Assembly (NCBI GenBank): GCA_018713725.1
Contig: DVOJ01000015.1
Location: forward strand, 84,390-148,389
Source of the DNA: Candidatus Caccopulliclostridium gallistercoris
GTDB taxonomy: Bacteria; Bacillota; Clostridia; Christensenellales; UBA1242
Direction of reading: 5' to 3'
Length of the DNA: 64,000 nt
Position 1 is the first letter of the stretch. The number at the start of each line of letters is the position of its first letter. Of the stretch, positions 27,001-35,729 are shown piece by piece. The notes below the pieces were generated by a model. The model saw only the letters and a list, made by a program, of their open reading frames with translations. It had not been told where the DNA came from and made no database searches. The position numbers and the translations under genes were made by a program.

Positions 27001-30000
27001 CTACAAGATTTGGAGCTGTTAGTTTAGTAGCAGCAAACTCGTAGTAAGCGCTAGATAGCGTGCTTGTGCCGTTACCACTTACAAGCACTTTAAAGTTTAC
27101 AACGCCGCCAGCATAATTTTTAAGATTTTCATTAGAACTAAAATCTATAAAGTTATCGTTTACTGCGCCTTGGTGGAAAATATCGCCGGACGCATCTAGA
27201 TACATTACTATATAGTAAGGGTTTTCGCCAAGTTTTGTCCATGTAACGTAGGCGTCGGCGTCTACGCTTGCTGAGTTAACCGGAGCTAGTCTTGAAAAGC
27301 TTACTTCTTGAAGCTCAGAGCTAATTTTGTCGTCTGAATTTGCCCTAACGGCAACTGTATAATTTCCGCTAGCTGCAACGTCTTCTTCAAGAACTATACT
27401 TGTAGTTTCAATTTCTGATAAAATTACGCCGTTTAAATATATGGTATAGCTTGTAGCGCCTGCTGACGCGTTCCAAGATATAGTTACTTCTTTTTGCTCT
27501 GGGTCCTGTTCGTCTACGCTTATATTAAGGCCGCTAACTACGTCTAGCTTTGTTAAGGTGTAAGCAGGGCTATAACTTGAACTTACGTTTGCAACTGGGC
27601 TGTTTTCAGCTTCTACGTATGGGCTTAGGCTGGTTACATCATTTACTATATACCTTACTTGTACGCTATAATCGCCGATTTCTGAAACAAAGCTAATAAG
27701 CCTTTCGTCCTGAACGGAAATGCTAGTTTCAAGTAAGTTTTCTATTAAATATTCTTCGCCGTCAGAGTTTGTAATTTTTAACGTATAGCTGTTTGCTAAG
27801 CTATTTGCATTCCATGATATTGCGCCGTTAGATACGCTTGCCATGTTTGGCGTAAATAGCTTGTATGCTCTAAATGTAGTGGTGGCACTATCTAAATAGT
27901 AGTGACTATTTGATATTTCGCTAGGGCTAGTTGCCACATAGTAAACAAGAATTTCTTGGTCCGTGTTTTCATTTATTGCGTTTAGGTCTAGGCTTGCTAC
28001 AATGCTGCCATTTATGCTTATTCCGCTTACGCCGGAAGGTGTGGTTTCGTTTAGTTCAAACACGCCGTCCGTAACCTTTGCTAAGCTTGGAGCCTTTAAC
28101 CTTTCAGCTACTAGGCTCTCTTCGCTAGACGTTATGAACACGTCGCCGCTAACCTTTACGGCTATTATATATTCTTTAACTTCTTCAAAGGTTTGGTTAA
28201 AGGTATAGGAATACACGCCTTCTAAAAGCGCTGGCTGAGCGCCTTCTAACACGCCGTCTAGCGTGATTTCAAAGTTAGGAACGTTAGAAAGTTTAGACGT
28301 CCAAGTAAAGCTTATTACAACTTTGCCGTCTATTACGTCTAGTTTTAAGTTTTCAACCGAATTTTCTTTAACTACTTCAAATTCTTGTGAATTTACAGAA
28401 GTAAGGTAAGCTACCGCGCCAGCCTGCACGGAAGCAATGCTCTCCGCGCTTTCTGCACGAACTACAAACTTAAAGCTATCTGTTTCAGAAACAGAAAGGC
28501 TATTTGTATCCGCTTGATATATTGTAGTGCCCTGACTGTTCGTTATTTCTACAACGTATTTTGCGCCGCTAACTTCGTTCCAGCTTATAACGCCGCTGTT
28601 GTACGCTAAGTTTGTTGGCGCGTCTAGCCTAGCAAAACTAAAACTTGCTTCTTCGCTAGATAGATAGTATTTGCCGTCTGTAATTTCACTAGACGGAATA
28701 GCGTCGAACTTGACATTTTGTGTTCTAGTGCCTTCTTTAAAGGTCAAATCTGATAGGTCAATGCTTTCTGAAACAGCGCCGTTAACGCTAAAACTTATAG
28801 CGCCACTAATTAGCTCTAAAATATAGACATCTACGCCGGCTTGTTTTATAAGAGTGGTAGGAGCCGCGAGTTTTTCAAGGGTTACGCTGCTCTCTTCTCC
28901 GCTTAAAAAGGTTGAACCTGTGGCTTGTACGGAAATTGTATAAGTTTTGGCTTGGCTAAAATCTGACGTTAACGTAAAGCTTGTGCTTTGGCTCTCGCCA
29001 ACTTCGCCGCCGTCTACATATATCTTATATATAACGCCTTCTACGTTGGTTACGCCTTGCCACGATAAAGTTATAGCTTCGCCAATATCAAGTTTTAGCC
29101 CGGTTACCGTGTCCGCCTTGTTTACGTTAATTTCTTGACTTTCAAAAGACGTTATATAGCCAACAGCGCCCGTGCTTACAGCGCCAAGCGACGCGATATC
29201 TTCTTTAAACGCTACCACCTTTGCAGTAAAGGCGTTTTCGCTTTGGTAAGCAAAAGTGCTTTCTTCGCTTTCCCCAACTATTAAGTTATTTACGTAAACA
29301 TTATAGTGGTCTACGTTTTCTACTGCGTCCCAAACAAGATTTTCATGTGCAAAATCGTAGTGTAAGTTCGCAGGGCTAGATAATCTTTCCACCTTAAAGC
29401 TTTCAAAGTTAGAATTTAAGAAATACGTTCTTATACCGTCTACAATTCTGTATTCTTCCGACCTATAAGCAACTTCAATATCGAACACGCTTTCGCTTGC
29501 TGGTAAAATTGCCGTCTCTTGTCCGTTTATTCTAATTATTGTAGGGTTTGCACCAAGAACAGCTGTGTTGCCGTTAAAGTTTGCGTCCGCCGTGCTAACT
29601 ACTCCGCCCTGAACTTTAACTAGGCTAGGAGCTATAAGCTTTTGTATATTTATTTCGTAAACGCTTGAATTATTAACAAGCGGATTTGCGTTTAACGCCT
29701 GCGCCGTTGCCTTGTAAACACCCGCATTTGCTAAGTACTCGGCAACGTTCATGTTTATAACGCCGTCTTCTAAAAGCGTTTTTGTTTGTTGCAATCTTCC
29801 GTCCGCGCTATAAAATTTAAGTTCGTACGTTGTGCTAGCAATGGCGTCGTTTGGCGTGAGCGTTAAAGTTAAGGTGCTTCTATCAAAGGTAAGGCTTGGA
29901 GCAAGTAAATCTTCGTAAATTGTTATCTTTTCGCTAGCTGTGTAATCTAAGGCGTCTAAAACGGTGCCGTTATTTCCAAGCGCCTTTATTTTAATTGTAT

Positions 30001-31789
30001 ATTCGCCGTAGCCTAGGCTAGACGGAATTTCTATGCTTGTAGCTGTTGTGCTTACGCGCTCTAATGCTACGTTTTCCGTGCCGTAAACTTCAAAGTAGTA
30101 TTCGTAAGCTGTTGCATTTGGAACTGCGTCCCAAGAAATTGTTGACCCGGAAACTTGTACGTTTTGAACGTTTGGAAGCCTTTCAACGCTTGCCGTCATT
30201 TCAGAAGTTATGTAAATTTCCCTAGCCGAGCCTTCGTTTTTAGCTTCCACTTTTAAGGTGTAAACTCCAGCTTCGCCAAACACGCCGCTTCCAAGGTTTA
30301 ACGTTTCCGTACCTTCGCCGCTAGCCTCATAGCTTCCTAGTTCCGTGTAAGCGCCATCGCCAAGCTTTTTATACACCACAAAATTTTTAGCGTTTAAAAT
30401 AGAATCTAGGCTAACGCTTGAAATGCCATTATTATATGTGTGTGTAAGCGTTGCAGTGCCAAGCCTTGAAATTGAGTAGTTTTCGCAAGGGTCGCCGTTT
30501 ATTTCACTATTTGTTTGAGCTGCAAAATATGCTGAAACGGTGTAGGTATCGGAGTCTTGTTTATTAAATTCGTAAGACGCCGCGTTAACTGTTTCAGTAG
30601 CGCTCGTTCTTGTGTTTGTAAGCGTTATAACTGGTGTGTAAGTTTGGCTGTTTGTTATGCTAAATTCGTTTGTATCGTAATTAAACGTTAAGTTTGCAAC
30701 TGGAAGCTTTGTTACTGTTAGCACGTTGGAGTTTGCGCTTTCAAAGGTTGAACCCTCAGTAGACTTTGCCCTAACGTAAACCCTATATTCGCCCGCAGCT
30801 CTGCCCTGCATATTATATGAAGTTACGCTCACTTCTTCTGATGCTATCGTGCCTGTGGATACGTTTTCTACAAACACTTCGTAGCTCTCTGCGCCTATAA
30901 CGCTATCCCAAGTAATCGTGCCGTTCTCTACGGATATTTCTAAGGCTTCAAGCTTAGAAAATTTTAAAATTTCGCTAGAAATGCTGAACTTATCTATGCT
31001 TACCACAACTTGAAGCGTTAAGGTCTCCCCGCTAGTTAATGGAAGGGTTACTTCAAAGTTTTCATTTTCGCCCTTTGTGATAGTGCCGTCTAAATACACG
31101 CCATTTCTAATTATGCTGTAACTTGCATTTGGTGCATTCTTTTCGTCGAGCCACGTAAGTTTTGAAGTGGCTTCGTCGTAACTTAAATTTTCCACGCCAA
31201 ACACTGCGGAAAAGGTGTAGCTCTCGCTTGAATCTGACGCTAAAAATCTATCTCCGCCAACTGCTTTAACAGTAGCTGTGTAGTCGCCCGCTTCTGTTAA
31301 AACATAAGAATTGGTTACAATGTTTTCAATAATTATCTCTTCTTCGCCGCGGCTTAATGTAAGCTCGTAGTTATCGCATACGTAGGTTTGCCCGTCTATT
31401 CTTTCAATTACTTCTTGCCAAGAAAGTATGCCGTTGTTATACGTTAGCCCTTGCGGAGTGCTAAGCCTAAAACGCTCGCCTTCCACTTTTACAGAAACTT
31501 GGGTAATGGTTGCGCCCGCTTGCGCATAGAGCGTACACATTCCCGCATTTCTTCCGGTTAGCTTATTTTCCGGCGTGATGTATAAAATTTCAGAATTAGA
31601 AGAAGTAAAAACCACGTCTTCAAAATTTGCGCCTTCCAAACTTAAGTATTCCGAAGGGTCTACTTCCTGCCCTATGGATAAAGTAATAAGTTCGTTTTCA
31701 AAGCTTAATTTTGGCTGACCGCACGCAGTAAAAATTAAGCCTACAACTAGGCACATAAAACTTATTAAACAGACTTTAAATTTTTTCAT
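21023..31789 (-). CDS. giant surface lipoprotein / adhesin-like protein (3588 aa) with Ig-like and FN3-like repeats and a C-terminal GLUG-type repeat region
   Basis: Lipobox LIFTAC. At least 12 modules carry the pattern [IL]xW[DN]xVxxAxxYx[IV] (e.g. ITWDSVIGAESYEVFV, ISWDAVPNATAYEYYF, LTWDAVESASGYYIYI). The C-terminal repeats GGIVAQNAVNSVIVNTYSTG / LGGIVGYSANNNITNSYA resemble the GLUG motif. Confidence 0.85.
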   Translation of the reverse strand: MKKFKVCLISFMCLVVGLIFTACGQPKLSFENELITLSIGQEVDPSEYLSLEGANFEDVVFTSSNSEILYITPENKLTGRNAGMCTLYAQAGATITQVSVKVEGERFRLSTPQGLTYNNGILSWQEVIERIDGQTYVCDNYELTLSRGEEEIIIENIVTNSYVLTEAGDYTATVKAVGGDRFLASDSSESYTFSAVFGVENLSYDEATSKLTWLDEKNAPNASYSIIRNGVYLDGTITKGENENFEVTLPLTSGETLTLQVVVSIDKFSISSEILKFSKLEALEISVENGTITWDSVIGAESYEVFVENVSTGTIASEEVSVTSYNMQGRAAGEYRVYVRAKSTEGSTFESANSNVLTVTKLPVANLTFNYDTNEFSITNSQTYTPVITLTNTRTSATETVNAASYEFNKQDSDTYTVSAYFAAQTNSEINGDPCENYSISRLGTATLTHTYNNGISSVSLDSILNAKNFVVYKKLGDGAYTELGSYEASGEGTETLNLGSGVFGEAGVYTLKVEAKNEGSAREIYITSEMTASVERLPNVQNVQVSGSTISWDAVPNATAYEYYFEVYGTENVALERVSTTATSIEIPSSLGYGEYTIKIKALGNNGTVLDALDYTASEKITIYEDLLAPSLTFDRSTLTLTLTPNDAIASTTYELKFYSADGRLQQTKTLLEDGVINMNVAEYLANAGVYKATAQALNANPLVNNSSVYEINIQKLIAPSLVKVQGGVVSTADANFNGNTAVLGANPTIIRINGQETAILPASESVFDIEVAYRSEEYRIVDGIRTYFLNSNFESFKVERLSSPANLHYDFAHENLVWDAVENVDHYNVYVNNLIVGESEESTFAYQSENAFTAKVVAFKEDIASLGAVSTGAVGYITSFESQEINVNKADTVTGLKLDIGEAITLSWQGVTNVEGVIYKIYVDGGEVGESQSTSFTLTSDFSQAKTYTISVQATGSTFLSGEESSVTLEKLAAPTTLIKQAGVDVYILELISGAISFSVNGAVSESIDLSDLTFKEGTRTQNVKFDAIPSSEITDGKYYLSSEEASFSFARLDAPTNLAYNSGVISWNEVSGAKYVVEITNSQGTTIYQADTNSLSVSETDSFKFVVRAESAESIASVQAGAVAYLTSVNSQEFEVVKENSVENLKLDVIDGKVVISFTWTSKLSNVPNFEITLDGVLEGAQPALLEGVYSYTFNQTFEEVKEYIIAVKVSGDVFITSSEESLVAERLKAPSLAKVTDGVFELNETTPSGVSGISINGSIVASLDLNAINENTDQEILVYYVATSPSEISNSHYYLDSATTTFRAYKLFTPNMASVSNGAISWNANSLANSYTLKITNSDGEEYLIENLLETSISVQDERLISFVSEIGDYSVQVRYIVNDVTSLSPYVEAENSPVANVSSSYSPAYTLTKLDVVSGLNISVDEQDPEQKEVTISWNASAGATSYTIYLNGVILSEIETTSIVLEEDVAASGNYTVAVRANSDDKISSELQEVSFSRLAPVNSASVDADAYVTWTKLGENPYYIVMYLDASGDIFHQGAVNDNFIDFSSNENLKNYAGGVVNFKVLVSGNGTSTLSSAYYEFAATKLTAPNLVVNAASLYIEEAGYAPENSYNFNLNIQMPNSGSITLEYTNTSGLATFAYPEYFPSGEYTFTAKMVSKTLNVITSNEVSITKTRLDTISNHVFKREALTAEQEANYTSDGATTYLSDKIYIEFTPSANASSYSLSVGSSYTASLPLDSSRIDITGALDTALYGNFTLRVISEATDDSNYINSPSYYITGRRLNALQEAEFMTRDGKVSWTDYQTGVNGYLIKVSEIEGADWGYWQSTDGSVRVANLNGLDSGIKAYNIKALGNITESGISTGVILDSSYLTDAKQFNKLEKPVVTVYNGFIALNTIENATQYIAYVNGIAYTLEDHSYMSQIENQFIGYNESMATNLDANVTYQVTVQARGQSTEIYSDYSEPINIKFLENVNTNTGDVKLVLDPSGDLTKTKLTFNLAANNEGAVIHFRKPDGNYIYTGFASYADSNRTETIYELNRNGFSEYMENATIRVASRGSSSLQGDFYYLNSAFSQGFNLKALADPQNVRIENGILTWDAVESASGYYIYINRNQYYVGSEYEMYTGTSLALPERYGSLTNNTVYSVGVVAVSATTDYVSSHWHNNNQDLEGTYYIEDVVLPHAPDEIDLVNGGLVWSDGLSGLDNANINLVSLALNINRLFNSPILLLYNAASGLNINLKFEIPGIELQFTNIATNEKYNIVLNSNMTNNADGSVTLDLEYLDFIKVSSTQIQKIQELRDFILDNGGTFGITEDDQMIKVMNELIRLFQEKLEDEESIGWPNIYTLFDELKGENNIPAGRYYLQIRQVGDSIFLNSNFNSRKEVYIPEAPYNLTIEAPETLEGEKQFYLSWDNVTINSSVSYAPANKYLVIAENSLGERRIVARVDESTETSAGNNRTRINITTLVNDGTLTPDDVKLFVVVAGDSNVTLTGIKSNVVNVQILPEVTPFMEEGYLSWDTLASAYGVQIIATNEAHIINETIALSTNSRRWAGDGMTPGTLYSASIRAVGDVYISTENGVKTFIISGKKTDFSLHKLNAPTVNVNTSGLFNWNAVTGNVSGYIVAVGEEEVYLTADTLSYESTFAGFNLYKFRAQGDTCQIEENGTYYINSLPNMQEGKSYYGTYGVMLPGVSEIVIEEGNLKWSTVNLSLYNLNSIADQDNYKQKIVYKLIIGDNVYYINQEDYQDVNGRYVTFGDFEELPAGTYNMSLQAFIYWTPKVSTGSLPDMIASFTNTVDGGSDYFALLGSKESTLTGNISKAKSITADMYVSSGLAIEDGMIVWDFVTETDEDGFELKKHLDYILTFATDENFTQNVVTVNATFDGTTLYAKWWDEVLTDGLSYYVKVKVNGKDSYLSSSNSVYADSASSPVVLRTVSLVRFESMLMNEGVYPYGDEDYGNYIRVELNSSALQALSSTFNFGFEIRYRAIGSDSSTPWNTYNFGRLDYIAGEENTVIYTLDISKLGGVTSFEYQVQLVLLDESNTRWLKSNWSDRDNFNTPEPVEAILLDEERQEFYWKDELIPESSTYYGYIVLDELLDDEGNVISSYKFIIPSGSHSGEDYSALIGADRYIYYAPFEMGTHRISVRKTPDNQGALVSSETYYKAEDEVNEYTPFEFNLFTVSELSTADHGSSANPYLISNSTDFLNIALRATKYSYMTTYENESGEEVSGETTYTFRQTADIEIESTINGYFVNTFKNVYDGNNFKLTYTIANSGSNASLINTIGENGAVRNVRLDVTLNSSNSTITFASLALNNIGSVYNSVLENVHISSSSASINYAGFVYSNYGRIERVVSMASFTATNIANAGAIVYSNARTTAIVYQSGNVGDISLNGARIAQRLGGITVSNSGSIDECYNKGSLSINSNVADVQIGGIVAQNAVNSVIVNTYSTGTVTLSGNHTSVSLGGIVGYSANNNITNSYATQVITSPAGGVSDTLSYGAIIGRLQSSISERNNYYSAASTSAIGNMYSSIFATGIYLSDYMDEGFVDRLNNGDNAFIADVAGENLNGGYPIFVWETSEELLYNNMD

Positions 31790-31848
31790 AAAATCTCCTA
31801 CGTTCTTTTGTTAAAAGCCGTACATGAAAGCAAAGTTAATTCACGATT

Positions 31849-31878
31849 ATTTTACACTATTTTAGAAGATTTTATCAA
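31849..31878 (-). promoter_or_regulatory. candidate promoter of the giant adhesin gene
   Basis: The minus strand reads TTGATA (31878..31873) - 18 nt - TAAAAT (31854..31849), ~55 nt before the start and inside a very A+T-rich 400-bp upstream region. Confidence 0.4.
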
Positions 31879-32186
31879 ACAAAATTCGACGTTTTATTAA
31901 AATTTTATAAATAATTATTTATGTGCTTTATAGCGCTAAATTTTAGCAATCATAAAATTTTTATAGAAATTCATAATTTCCGCGCGGTAAGCTTAACATA
32001 AGTTTTTAAATATTTTTAAATAAAAACGCTAAAAAATTAATTATTAATTTTAAAAAAGAAATTTAAAAATTAAATAAAAAATTAAAATTTTATGGCAAAA
32101 AAATAAAAAATTTAAAGAAAAATAAGGTTTTTTCAATAAATTTTTATATTTTTATTAAATTTTTGCTAAATTTTATTTTTTAAAAT

Positions 32187-32684
32187 TTATTGCATTGCAC
32201 GGTAAACTGCTTTAAGTTTGGTTAAATGCTCTTCTTCTTCGTGAAGTATGCCTTCTAGCATTCTTTTTATTTGCAACTCGTCTATTTTTGTAATTGTGGT
32301 TTTATAGTCTATTACAAGTTTTTCTTTTGCCTCTATATTTATGCCCACCATTTGTTTTACGCCCTTAACGTAGTCTACGGCGCGGCCACCAAGCCACACG
32401 CCTTGCGTTCCACAAAACACTGGGTCGCCACCTAGGGAAATTATAGCGCCCGCTAAGCTCTTTGCATGAACTAGGTCTTCTTCCGCGAGTGCCGCAAAAG
32501 TGGAAGCGTGTTCACTTCCAAAGGGCGAGAGAATAAAATTTTGATATGTAAGCTGAAAAAAGCTAGCCATTTCGCCGTCGCCGCCAGCATAAAGGTTTTG
32601 AAGTAGCCCCTGATAGTAGGAGTTATTTTTTATTCCCTTAATTTTAGGGTAAACGTTGCTTTCTCCAACAAAAAATTCTTTCAC
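32187..32684 (-). CDS. ferritin-like / Mn-catalase (CotJC)-like protein
   Basis: 165 aa. GGDGEMASFFQLTYQNF and EEDLVHAKSLAGAI...LHEEEEHL resemble the di-metal ExxH ferritin-like fold (recalled similarity). Confidence 0.55.
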   Translation of the reverse strand: MKEFFVGESNVYPKIKGIKNNSYYQGLLQNLYAGGDGEMASFFQLTYQNFILSPFGSEHASTFAALAEEDLVHAKSLAGAIISLGGDPVFCGTQGVWLGGRAVDYVKGVKQMVGINIEAKEKLVIDYKTTITKIDELQIKRMLEGILHEEEEHLTKLKAVYRAMQ

Positions 32685-32735
32685 AAAGTGTATATATGAT
32701 AGCTTTTAAAAAGGTGTGATTTTGAAAAATGCCTA

Positions 32736-32764
32736 TTGACAGTGTAACATTCTTAGTATATAAT
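32736..32764 (+). promoter_or_regulatory. consensus sigma-70-type promoter
   Basis: TTGACA (32736..32741) - 17 nt - TATAAT (32759..32764), 21 nt before ATG 32786. Confidence 0.7.
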
Positions 32765-32785
32765 ACTAAGGAAAAGAGGTGCTAT

Positions 32786-33151
32786 ATGGATTTATTAACT
32801 GAAATTAAAGAAGCTAGAAGACAAATAAATTTACAATCTATAGTTAGAGTAGATTACGACTCGTTAGGCTTTAAATATTACTTAACTATAAAAGAAACTC
32901 CAAAGTTTTTCTTAGAGGCATTAAGTCAGATAGCTAAGGAAAAGAATACAAGGGTTTATGCGTATGTAAAAACGGAAAAGAAAACTTACGAATTTACCCC
33001 AGCTAAGAACAAAAAGGAAGTTTATATTGTTGCAGGTGATAAATATTACACCATGACAGAAGATTACTTTTTAATTGAAAACAACACACCTGCCAGCATT
33101 AAAAATGCCTACAACAATACGCCAAGCCATTGGTTTGATGTAGAAAAATAA
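32786..33151 (+). CDS. hypothetical protein (121 aa)
   Basis: ATG at 32786 follows AGAGG. The listed ORF start 32729 lies upstream of the promoter. Confidence 0.6.
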   Translation: MDLLTEIKEARRQINLQSIVRVDYDSLGFKYYLTIKETPKFFLEALSQIAKEKNTRVYAYVKTEKKTYEFTPAKNKKEVYIVAGDKYYTMTEDYFLIENNTPASIKNAYNNTPSHWFDVEK

Positions 33152-33178
33152 AATTTAGCTAAAAATTTTAAAAAACGT

Positions 33179-33205
33179 AGCACGCAAACGAGCGTGCTTT
33201 TTCTT
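33179..33205 (+). terminator. intrinsic terminator
   Basis: agcacgc-aaacga-gcgtgct followed by ttttctt. Confidence 0.65.
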
Positions 33206-33238
33206 GCTATTTATAAATTTAAAGGATATAATAAGCTT

Positions 33239-35059
33239 ATGACGGATATTTTAAAGCAAAAGCTTGAAACTTTGCCCACGGATAGCGGCGTTTACGTTAT
33301 GAGAAACGTAGACGGCGAAGTTATTTACGTGGGCAAGGCTAAAAACTTAAAAAATAGGGTCAGCTCGTATTTTAGAAAAGATTCCGCACGCGCGCAAAAA
33401 GTTAAAAGCATGGTGGAAAAAATCTACGACCTAGACTATTTTATCACGCTAAGCGAGCAGGACGCCCTAGCTTTAGAGAGCAACTTAATAAAAAAATATC
33501 AGCCGTTTTTTAATATACTTTTAAAAGACGGCAAGGCTTTCCCATATATTAAAATTTCTTTAAACGAAGATTTTCCTAAGCTAGAAATTGTAAGAAGACT
33601 AAAAAAGGATAAGGCAAAATATTTTGGCCCCTACTTTGGCGGAATTAGCGCAAGCGAAATTTTAAAGACGATTAATAGCGCCTTCCCAGTGCGCACTTGC
33701 AATTTAAAGATTGTGGAAGGAAAAAAAGCTAAGCGCGAATGTTTAAATTATTCGCTAGGGCTTTGCTCGGCGCCGTGCACGGGCAGAATTACAAAGGCGG
33801 AATACAGTAAAATTTTAGATAAAATAACAGACTTTTTAAACGGAAACGACCACGAAATAGAAAAAATATTAAAAGAAAAGATGGAAAAGGAAGCCGAGCG
33901 CGAAAACTTTGAAAAGGCGCTTGAACTTCGCGACCGCTTAAAAATGATAGCAAAATTAAAAGAGCGCGTTATTGCCAACATGCCAAAAGACGTAACGCTA
34001 GACGCCTTTGCCTTTGATAGCAATGGTTTAAGCGGCGCAATTAGCACAATAGTTGTGCGTGGCGGCAAAATTTTAGGCGTTCAAAATTTAAGCGTAATAG
34101 ATGCAAGCATAGACGAAGGCGAAGCGTTATCTAGCTTTATAGTTCAATACTATAAACACCAAAAAGTGCCAAAAGTAATTTTAACCAGCGCGCAAATTTC
34201 AAACAGCACGGCACTTGAAGAATTTTTAGGCGAAGAGCATAAAGTGGACGTAGTTTTTCCGCAAAAAGGCTATAAAAAGTCCATAATAGACATGGCGAAA
34301 AAGAACGCACGCGAGCACCTAGAAAAATTTATAACCAAAGATAAGCAAAAATACAACAGAACTTACGGCGCCCTAGAACAGCTTCAAAAGGAGCTCAACC
34401 TTTCCCGCCTTCCTAAGCGCATTGAATGCTACGATATTTCAAACACAAGTGGCGTTTTAAGTGTGGCGTCTATGGTGGTGTTTGAAAACGGCGAACCAAA
34501 GCGCTCACATTATAGAAAGTTTAAAATAAAAACGGTAGACGGCCCGAACGACTTTGCAAGCTTAAAAGAAGTGCTTTCTAGAAGGCTTGCAGAGCTAGAC
34601 AAGGGAGAAAACGAAAGCTTTAAAAATAGGCCAGATTTAATAGTAATCGATGGCGGAAAAGGTCAACTTTCCTCCACCTATGAAGTAATTAAGCCCTATG
34701 GCATAGACACAATAAGCCTAGCAAAGCAGTTTGAAGAAGTGTATTTTCCAAATAACAGCATACCAAAGATGTTAAAGCGTGGCAGCGCAGAGCTTAAAAT
34801 TCTTCAAAATATCCGAGACGAAGCACACCGTTTTGCCATAACCTTCCATAAAAGCCTAAGGAACAAAAACACCTTCAAAAGCCCACTAGACGACATATAC
34901 GGCTTAGGCGAAATAAAGAAGGCGGCGCTGCTTAAAACATTTAAAACATCGGAAGGCGTGGCAGCGGCGAGCATAGAAGAACTAAATCTAGTTCGCGGCA
35001 TCGACCTAGCCCTAGCCACAAGAATATACAACCATTTCCACGAGAGTGAAGAAAAGTAA
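33239..35059 (+). CDS. uvrC: excinuclease ABC subunit C
   Basis: GIY-YIG N-terminus GVYVMRNVDGEVIYVGKAKNLKNRVSSYF and a C-terminal helix-hairpin-helix region. The start MTDILKQKLETLP is preferred over the listed 33194. Confidence 0.9.
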   Translation: MTDILKQKLETLPTDSGVYVMRNVDGEVIYVGKAKNLKNRVSSYFRKDSARAQKVKSMVEKIYDLDYFITLSEQDALALESNLIKKYQPFFNILLKDGKAFPYIKISLNEDFPKLEIVRRLKKDKAKYFGPYFGGISASEILKTINSAFPVRTCNLKIVEGKKAKRECLNYSLGLCSAPCTGRITKAEYSKILDKITDFLNGNDHEIEKILKEKMEKEAERENFEKALELRDRLKMIAKLKERVIANMPKDVTLDAFAFDSNGLSGAISTIVVRGGKILGVQNLSVIDASIDEGEALSSFIVQYYKHQKVPKVILTSAQISNSTALEEFLGEEHKVDVVFPQKGYKKSIIDMAKKNAREHLEKFITKDKQKYNRTYGALEQLQKELNLSRLPKRIECYDISNTSGVLSVASMVVFENGEPKRSHYRKFKIKTVDGPNDFASLKEVLSRRLAELDKGENESFKNRPDLIVIDGGKGQLSSTYEVIKPYGIDTISLAKQFEEVYFPNNSIPKMLKRGSAELKILQNIRDEAHRFAITFHKSLRNKNTFKSPLDDIYGLGEIKKAALLKTFKTSEGVAAASIEELNLVRGIDLALATRIYNHFHESEEK

Positions 35060-35092
35060 AACCGCGCTTTAAAATTTGGTTTTTTAAGATAT

Positions 35093-35130
35093 ATAAAAAT
35101 TACACACGAAAATTCGTGTGTAATTTTTAT
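35093..35130. terminator. bidirectional terminator between uvrC and the convergent gene
   Basis: Perfect palindrome ataaaaattacacacg-aaaatt-cgtgtgtaatttttat with A/T runs on both sides. Confidence 0.65.
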
Positions 35131-35142
35131 ATATCAATTAAA

Positions 35143-35200
35143 TCAGACCACTAGCCAAAGACAAGGCTCTGCAAGTTTCTATGCAGTTTTTTGGGCTGTC
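35143..35200 (-). repeat. long-hairpin element family A, shortened copy A4
   Basis: Contains GACAAGGCTC, an inner CTGCA/TGCAG hairpin and CAGTTTTTTGGGCTGTC (compare CAGTTTTTGGGCAGCCTGA in A2). It lies 7 nt after the stop of 35208..35672, in the same orientation relative to that gene as the other copies. Confidence 0.5.
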
Positions 35201-35207
35201 AAGCTTT

Positions 35208-35672
35208 TTATCTGCAATAACTTACTTCTTTCTTTTTCTTCTCGCCTATGCCGTCTACCCCGGCGCCTATTGCGGCAACACCTAAACCAGACATTAGAAG
35301 CGTTGTGCCAATAACGTTGTCATCTTGTATTTCTGTTAGAGCTTTATAATTTTCTACGTCTACTCTTCTTGCTTTTTGCTCTTTTAAAAACTTAACCTTA
35401 TCATATTCGTCTAACTTGTTAAACTCTATAACAAATTCATTCTCGGAAATTTCCCCGCTTAAATATGCTTCGTTTAACTCTTCAGCCCTTGTTTTTGTGT
35501 ATTCTTCCATAAAATCGTAATAGCCGTAGTCTTCTAGAATGTTATCGGCCTTAGAATTATTAACGCAGTCTTTTGCAAAGCCTGCAACAAAGAAACCAAA
35601 ACCTGTTAATGCTGCTACTCCGCCAGCAAGTAGAAACGCGTTTGATAAAACTCTTTTTTTACTATATTTCAT
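35208..35672 (-). CDS. hypothetical membrane protein (154 aa, TM helices at both ends)
   Basis: Hydrophobic segments AFLLAGGVAALTGFGFFVAGF and GTTLLMSGLGVAAIGAGV flank a charged helical middle. Confidence 0.6.
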   Translation of the reverse strand: MKYSKKRVLSNAFLLAGGVAALTGFGFFVAGFAKDCVNNSKADNILEDYGYYDFMEEYTKTRAEELNEAYLSGEISENEFVIEFNKLDEYDKVKFLKEQKARRVDVENYKALTEIQDDNVIGTTLLMSGLGVAAIGAGVDGIGEKKKKEVSYCR

Positions 35673-35729
35673 AATCTTTTCCCCTAGTTAAATTATAAAA
35701 TAAAAGGTTTTAACTGTCAATACTAAAAT

